Source of the DNA: Candidatus Micrarchaeia archaeon
GTDB lineage: Archaea > Micrarchaeota > Micrarchaeia > Anstonellales > VGKX01
DNA length: 64,000 nt
Assembly (NCBI GenBank): GCA_041650395.1
Contig: JBAZLG010000002.1
Span: 63,050 to 127,049 of the forward strand
Direction: 5' to 3'
Each line of letters opens with the position of its first letter. The first letter of the stretch is position 1. A program made the position numbers and the translations under genes. Below are positions 59,880 to 64,000 of this stretch, piece by piece. A model generated the notes under the pieces. It did not search any database and was not told the DNA's origin. It was given only the letters and a program-made list of their open reading frames with translations.

Positions 59880-61631
59880 CTATTCCTTGGGGATTACGGA
59901 ATCCGGCTTTTTCTTCTTCTGCGCCGCCTCGATTATCTCGTCGGGGTTGAGGTAATATGCGTTGAACACGGCCCCCACCTGGTTGATGTCGGACAGGTTG
60001 TTGGCCTTCATCCAGTCGAGCACTCCGGCGCGCGACTTTATCTCCTCGTCTATCTCGCGCTCCGTCATGCCCGTGTGCAGGTTGAGCTCGTTGTAGAACT
60101 TGGTCGGCGGGGCTATCTTGTCAAACGTGTCCGAGCGGGGCCTCCACCTGTATATGATGTTGGGGGTCAGCTCGTTGGACTGCGAGCCGGAAACGACCTC
60201 GGAAATCTCAAGTGTGCGCCTTAGGTTCTTCCTCCTGTCCCTGTACTGGACTATGAGCAGGTGCAGCGAGGAAAGTTCAGACGGCGGGATAGCCATTGGC
60301 GGCTGGGTGAGCCTGCGCAGCACCTGCGCGGACGTGTCGGCGTGCATCGTCGAATACGTGGAATGGCCCGTATGCATGGCCTCGAAAAGCACTTCCGCCT
60401 CCGGGGCGCGCCTCATCTCGCCCAGGATGATGCGGTCAGGCCTCATCCTCAACGACGTCACGAGAAGGTCGAGCATAGTGACCTCGCCAAGGCCCTCGGC
60501 ATTGGGGTTCCTGGTGATTAGGGGCACCCAGTTCCACTGGTGCTCCGGAAGCATGATTTCCCTCGTGTCCTCGATTGTGACAATCCTCTGGTTTGGCGGG
60601 AAGAACGCGCACAGGGCGTTGAGGGCGCTCGTCTTGCCCGATGCCGTGCCGCCTGCGACTATGACGTTCAGTTCATAATGGAATGCAATCCAGAGCGTGG
60701 CGGCCATCTCGGACGTCATCGTGTTGGACTTGTCCGAAAGCAGGCTGATGATTGTCCACGGGTTCCTCGCAAACCGCCTGATGGTTATGGTGTTGCCGTG
60801 CGATGAAATAGGCGAGAGCGTGGCGCATACCCTGTCGCCCGACTCGAGCCGGGCGTCCATGATAGGGTTGAGTATGGCAATCTGCCTGCCGACCTTCCTG
60901 CCTATCTGGGACGCGAAGTTGAGGATTTCCTCCTCGTTTGGCAGGTAGAGGTTAGTGCGCAGCCACCCGAACTTCCTGTGATAGACCGAGATGGGGGTGG
61001 AAGAATTGTTGATGGCTATTTCCTCGAGCCAGTCGTCGTGCGTCAGCACGTCTATCTCGCCAAGCCCGAACATCCTGTGCAGCAGCAGGCCAGCGAACAG
61101 GTTGGTGCTCTTCTCGTCGAACTGGAAATTCCCAAGGTACTGCTGCGTGCTCTTGAAAAACTGGTTTTTCATCTGCGTAGTCTTCTCGATATCGGAATAC
61201 TCTACGGAAATCGCGGGCATCTTGTTTGAAAGCTCGTCCCTAATCTGGTCCAAGAACGCGCGGGTGGGGAAGCTTAGGCCCTCGAACTCCACCATGTAAT
61301 ACGACGAGTCGTTGAGCCGCGCCACGCGTATGTTGGCGGGCACGTAGTCAGCCTCGATGGAGTACGAGTCCAGCATGGCCGACTTTGAAATCTGGGGCTC
61401 CGCGGGCGGCTCCTTGTAGCTGACCTGCCTGGGGGTGACATAGGGCTTCTGGAGTATGTTGAGGGGGTAATGGACCTCCACAAGCCGCGCCTTCTCCATC
61501 AGGGAGGCGAGATATTCGGCGGATGTAGAAGAGATGTTGAGCGTGTGGGCGAGGAAAGGTATGCTCGGGCGCTTCCTTGCGCGCACAATGTCCATGAATG
61601 AGTCGACGGTCGTATGCAACATGTTTCTCAC
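59880..61631 (-). CDS. Type IV pilus/secretion ATPase (FlaI/PilB/TadA family) with an N-terminal winged-helix-like extension
   Basis: The 583-aa ORF has Walker A (GGTASGKTS), TIEDTREI, RMRPDRIILGEMR and EAMHTGHSTYSTMHA. It is about 85 aa longer at the N-terminus than 35618-37108. Confidence 0.9.
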   Translation of the reverse strand: MRNMLHTTVDSFMDIVRARKRPSIPFLAHTLNISSTSAEYLASLMEKARLVEVHYPLNILQKPYVTPRQVSYKEPPAEPQISKSAMLDSYSIEADYVPANIRVARLNDSSYYMVEFEGLSFPTRAFLDQIRDELSNKMPAISVEYSDIEKTTQMKNQFFKSTQQYLGNFQFDEKSTNLFAGLLLHRMFGLGEIDVLTHDDWLEEIAINNSSTPISVYHRKFGWLRTNLYLPNEEEILNFASQIGRKVGRQIAILNPIMDARLESGDRVCATLSPISSHGNTITIRRFARNPWTIISLLSDKSNTMTSEMAATLWIAFHYELNVIVAGGTASGKTSALNALCAFFPPNQRIVTIEDTREIMLPEHQWNWVPLITRNPNAEGLGEVTMLDLLVTSLRMRPDRIILGEMRRAPEAEVLFEAMHTGHSTYSTMHADTSAQVLRRLTQPPMAIPPSELSSLHLLIVQYRDRRKNLRRTLEISEVVSGSQSNELTPNIIYRWRPRSDTFDKIAPPTKFYNELNLHTGMTEREIDEEIKSRAGVLDWMKANNLSDINQVGAVFNAYYLNPDEIIEAAQKKKKPDSVIPKE

Positions 61632-61673
61632 TTTGTTTGTATTACTTATTAATATTTGCGAAGGATGCGGCCC

Positions 61674-62678
61674 CTAGCCGTAGCCCCCCGCAGTCGAATT
61701 CCTGGACGCGCCGAAAAGCGTGAAGTTGAGGGCCAGCGCAGGGACAGGGGCGAATGGGCTTTTCCTGTATGCCGAATAGAGCCCGCCAGCGTCGGATATG
61801 CCCGTGCGCACCAGGTAAGAGCAGCCCGGCGCGTTGGTGAAAGTCACGCGCACCCCGTTCGAGCCGCCCCAGGCGCTCGAGAACTCCACGTCCACCGTCC
61901 CGCCGCTGGAGAGCAAAAACGACGCGTACGGGGCAGACGCGTACGAGGATACAGCCTGCTGGTAGGCAGTGGAGCCTCCCGCGGAGATTGTGGCATTGAA
62001 AGCCACGCAGGACAGGCCGCAGGAGCTGTTGGAGAGGTAATGGGTTTGGGAAGAGAGGCCCTGCGGGCAGTCCACCCGCACAGACTGGGAATACGCCTGG
62101 ATTGCAGGCGGGAAAACGAAATAATGCCTTTCAACGCCGGGCAGGGACTGGTTGGAGTAATAGCGTATCCCGTTTCCAAGGTAGTTTGTCGGGACGCTCA
62201 TGTTGTCCATGCAGAAATACGCCATGCCCGGGCCGAATTGCGCAGCGTTGTAGCCGAGGGACGACTCCGCGTGCGTGAGGTTTGAAAACCTGCCCGTGAA
62301 ATAGGCGGAATAGTTGGCATACGCCGCAGCCTGCGAGAGGTTGGCGGATGCGGCCTGCGAGAATCCGCCGGAGCAGTTGAGCGTGAAATTGCCCGATGCC
62401 GCGTGTGAGAAGAATTCCGTGGAATTGCCGTGGTTGTACGCCCACGTGGTGCCGTTGGGCTGGATTGACAGGTAGCTGGGGTTGAGAGACATCGCGCGCA
62501 GGTTCGACGCCATGTCGTCATAGGCGAAGGAGACTGTTTCCGCGGGGTATATGGAGCGCATTGAAAGCGAGCGGGCGTTGGAGTCCAGTGAAAACTGGTA
62601 TGCCAGCATGACAAGCGACGACACGAGAAGTATCGTGGAAAGCGTGAATATGAATCCCCTGCTTATTCCATGCCCCAT
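61674..62678 (-). CDS. Pilin-like protein, putative minor pilin
   Basis: The N-terminus is MGHGISRGFIFTLSTILLVSSLVMLAYQF. It is the syntenic counterpart of 34083-34916. Confidence 0.65.
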   Translation of the reverse strand: MGHGISRGFIFTLSTILLVSSLVMLAYQFSLDSNARSLSMRSIYPAETVSFAYDDMASNLRAMSLNPSYLSIQPNGTTWAYNHGNSTEFFSHAASGNFTLNCSGGFSQAASANLSQAAAYANYSAYFTGRFSNLTHAESSLGYNAAQFGPGMAYFCMDNMSVPTNYLGNGIRYYSNQSLPGVERHYFVFPPAIQAYSQSVRVDCPQGLSSQTHYLSNSSCGLSCVAFNATISAGGSTAYQQAVSSYASAPYASFLLSSGGTVDVEFSSAWGGSNGVRVTFTNAPGCSYLVRTGISDAGGLYSAYRKSPFAPVPALALNFTLFGASRNSTAGGYG

Positions 62679-62682
62679 GCTC

Positions 62683-63297
62683 TCACTCGTGCACCGAATC
62701 GCGGTACCACATTGTCAGCGCCGCTATGCCGTAGGAATAGGACGCGGAGGACGTAGTGGTCCTGTTTATGTCAGTATGGGTTATGTTGTAATAATAGGTC
62801 GTGTTGTAGGTGACGTTCGTCAGCACCAGGACACGCCTCGAGACCGCGTAGTCCCCGCCGGTCAGGGCGCAGCCGGACTTGTAGACGGGGCTGAACAATG
62901 AAGAGGAGTTGTCAAGCTCGAATTCGAATTTGGCGCAATACCTGGAGGGTATCAGGCCGAGCGCTGATTCGACACGGGGCTGGGACACGCGGCTTGACAC
63001 GGTGGTGATGTTGGTCACCCGGGTGTAATTGCCAGGGAGCGTGTTGTATGTTATGATGGTTGAAACCTGCGAATATAGAAGCGTGCCAAGCTTGTCGTGC
63101 ACGGAAAGGAAGTCCATGGAGTATTTCGACAGCCTGATGCCTGAAAACGTGTCGGCCTGGGCAAGCTGGATATAATAGTATATGATATAGCCTGCGAGGA
63201 AGAGAACTGACAGGGCGAATACGGCCTCGAATGTGAGGATAAAGCCTGGCCTCCTGCCCGCGCCCGCGGGATGTGAGCATTTTTGCGCCTTTGCCAT
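62683..63297 (-). CDS. Pilin-like protein, putative minor pilin
   Basis: The N-terminus is AGRRPGFILTFEAVFALSVLFLAGYIIYYYI. It is the syntenic counterpart of 33667-34095. Confidence 0.65.
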   Translation of the reverse strand: MAKAQKCSHPAGAGRRPGFILTFEAVFALSVLFLAGYIIYYYIQLAQADTFSGIRLSKYSMDFLSVHDKLGTLLYSQVSTIITYNTLPGNYTRVTNITTVSSRVSQPRVESALGLIPSRYCAKFEFELDNSSSLFSPVYKSGCALTGGDYAVSRRVLVLTNVTYNTTYYYNITHTDINRTTTSSASYSYGIAALTMWYRDSVHE

Positions 63298-63307
63298 GAT
63301 TACGCCT

Positions 63308-63859
63308 TCAGTATTTCTCCTGCCACGCCTCCACTATCAGGGTGGATGGGGTGTTGTTGTATGCCACCGGCCTTTCAACCACGTAGGCAATCACAGTGCT
63401 GTTGTTGAAGTGCAGCGGGACGCCTTCGCCAAAGGAATATGCGGTGCCATTGCCCTGCTCAATGCCTATGTGGAACCCCATGCCGCCCACGCCGAGTATT
63501 TCCTTGACGCGCTCGTACTGCGAATTGTTCGGCGGCGTTGGGCTATTGTACGCCTGCAGCGCGTCAAGCTTCTGCTGGCTTATGACGTTCCTCTCGCTTG
63601 CAAGCCCTATGGATACGGTGGAATTCAATGGGTAATATTCCCAGTCGGGGGGATTGCCCTGCGACTGGACAAGGCTGTCGGACGCGAAGAGGGCCGCCTG
63701 CTCCACGGAATTGACCTGGCGCGCCGAGCCTATCTGCTCGTTTGCCAGGTTCCAGATGTAAAACGACACGAGCACTATAGCCATGAAGACCGAAAGTGCG
63801 ATGACCAGGTCGTTGGAGAGTATCTGCCCCCTGTGGCATCCGCGTTTGTCATTGGACAT
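63308..63859 (-). CDS. Pilin-like protein, putative minor pilin
   Basis: I prefer the ATG at 63859 (MSNDKRGCHRGQILSNDLVIALSVFMAIVLVSF), which overlaps the upstream gene's stop (ATGTCCAATGA). It is homologous to 33201-33677. Confidence 0.65.
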   Translation of the reverse strand: MSNDKRGCHRGQILSNDLVIALSVFMAIVLVSFYIWNLANEQIGSARQVNSVEQAALFASDSLVQSQGNPPDWEYYPLNSTVSIGLASERNVISQQKLDALQAYNSPTPPNNSQYERVKEILGVGGMGFHIGIEQGNGTAYSFGEGVPLHFNNSTVIAYVVERPVAYNNTPSTLIVEAWQEKY

Positions 63860-64000
63860 TTTCAAGCCTCACAGTGCCGTTTAGCATGTATATCCTGACA
63901 TAGGAATTGAGCGTGAAATTGGCCGGTACGGCTTGCGTCATGTTGGTCACGGCAGAAAAGGAATAGCGCGTGTAATTTGTGGTCACAACCACCGAATGGT
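63849..64000 (-). CDS. Pilin-like protein, C-terminal fragment (gene starts beyond window end)
   Basis: The minus-strand frame reads ...SAVTNMTQAVPANFTLNSYVRIYMLNGTVRLENVQ*. This resembles the C-terminus of 32780-33196 (...FPATNFTRIENRGGTVYFEA*). Not in the ORF track because it is truncated. Confidence 0.5.
   Translation of the reverse strand, partial: HSVVVTTNYTRYSFSAVTNMTQAVPANFTLNSYVRIYMLNGTVRLENVQ

Overview
The window looks like an archaeal chromosomal segment, moderately GC-rich by eye and densely coding. Archaeal markers are the uL1-P0 ribosomal gene order, an archaeal-type NMN adenylyltransferase and triosephosphate isomerase, a Rio1 kinase, class III (type IV pilin-like) signal peptides, a tRNA with an anticodon-loop intron, a C/D-box sRNA candidate, and TATA boxes about 25-30 nt upstream of start codons.

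Housekeeping genes: rpl1, a P0 fragment, ppsA, nadM plus a Nudix hydrolase, an FKBP isomerase, Rio1, an RNB-family exoribonuclease, thiC, tpiA and a GT3 glycogen synthase. They are interleaved with a large cell-surface gene complement:
- Three giant secreted proteins have different N-terminal modules (S8 protease + LamG, LamG only, glycine-rich domain). All three share one unassigned C-terminal module of about 310 aa.
- Two paralogous, syntenic Epd/Tad-like type IV pilus loci lie at 32780-43155 (+) and 53768-64000 (mostly -). Each has about four minor-pilin-like genes, a FlaI/PilB-family ATPase, a two-gene platform, major pilins and KaiC/RecA-like ATPases. One locus also encodes a vWA-domain pilin-like protein.

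Non-coding features: tRNA-Thr(CGU), an intron-containing tRNA-Ser(CGA), a 46-bp tandem repeat with a hairpin, a diverged inverted copy of that unit, and short duplications of each tRNA 3' end. Each duplication is preceded by a hairpin and followed by a T-run.

I recognised no CRISPR array, cas gene, transposase or integrase. All calls rest on reading the sequence and ORF translations by eye, with no database searches, so family assignments for hypothetical proteins are tentative.
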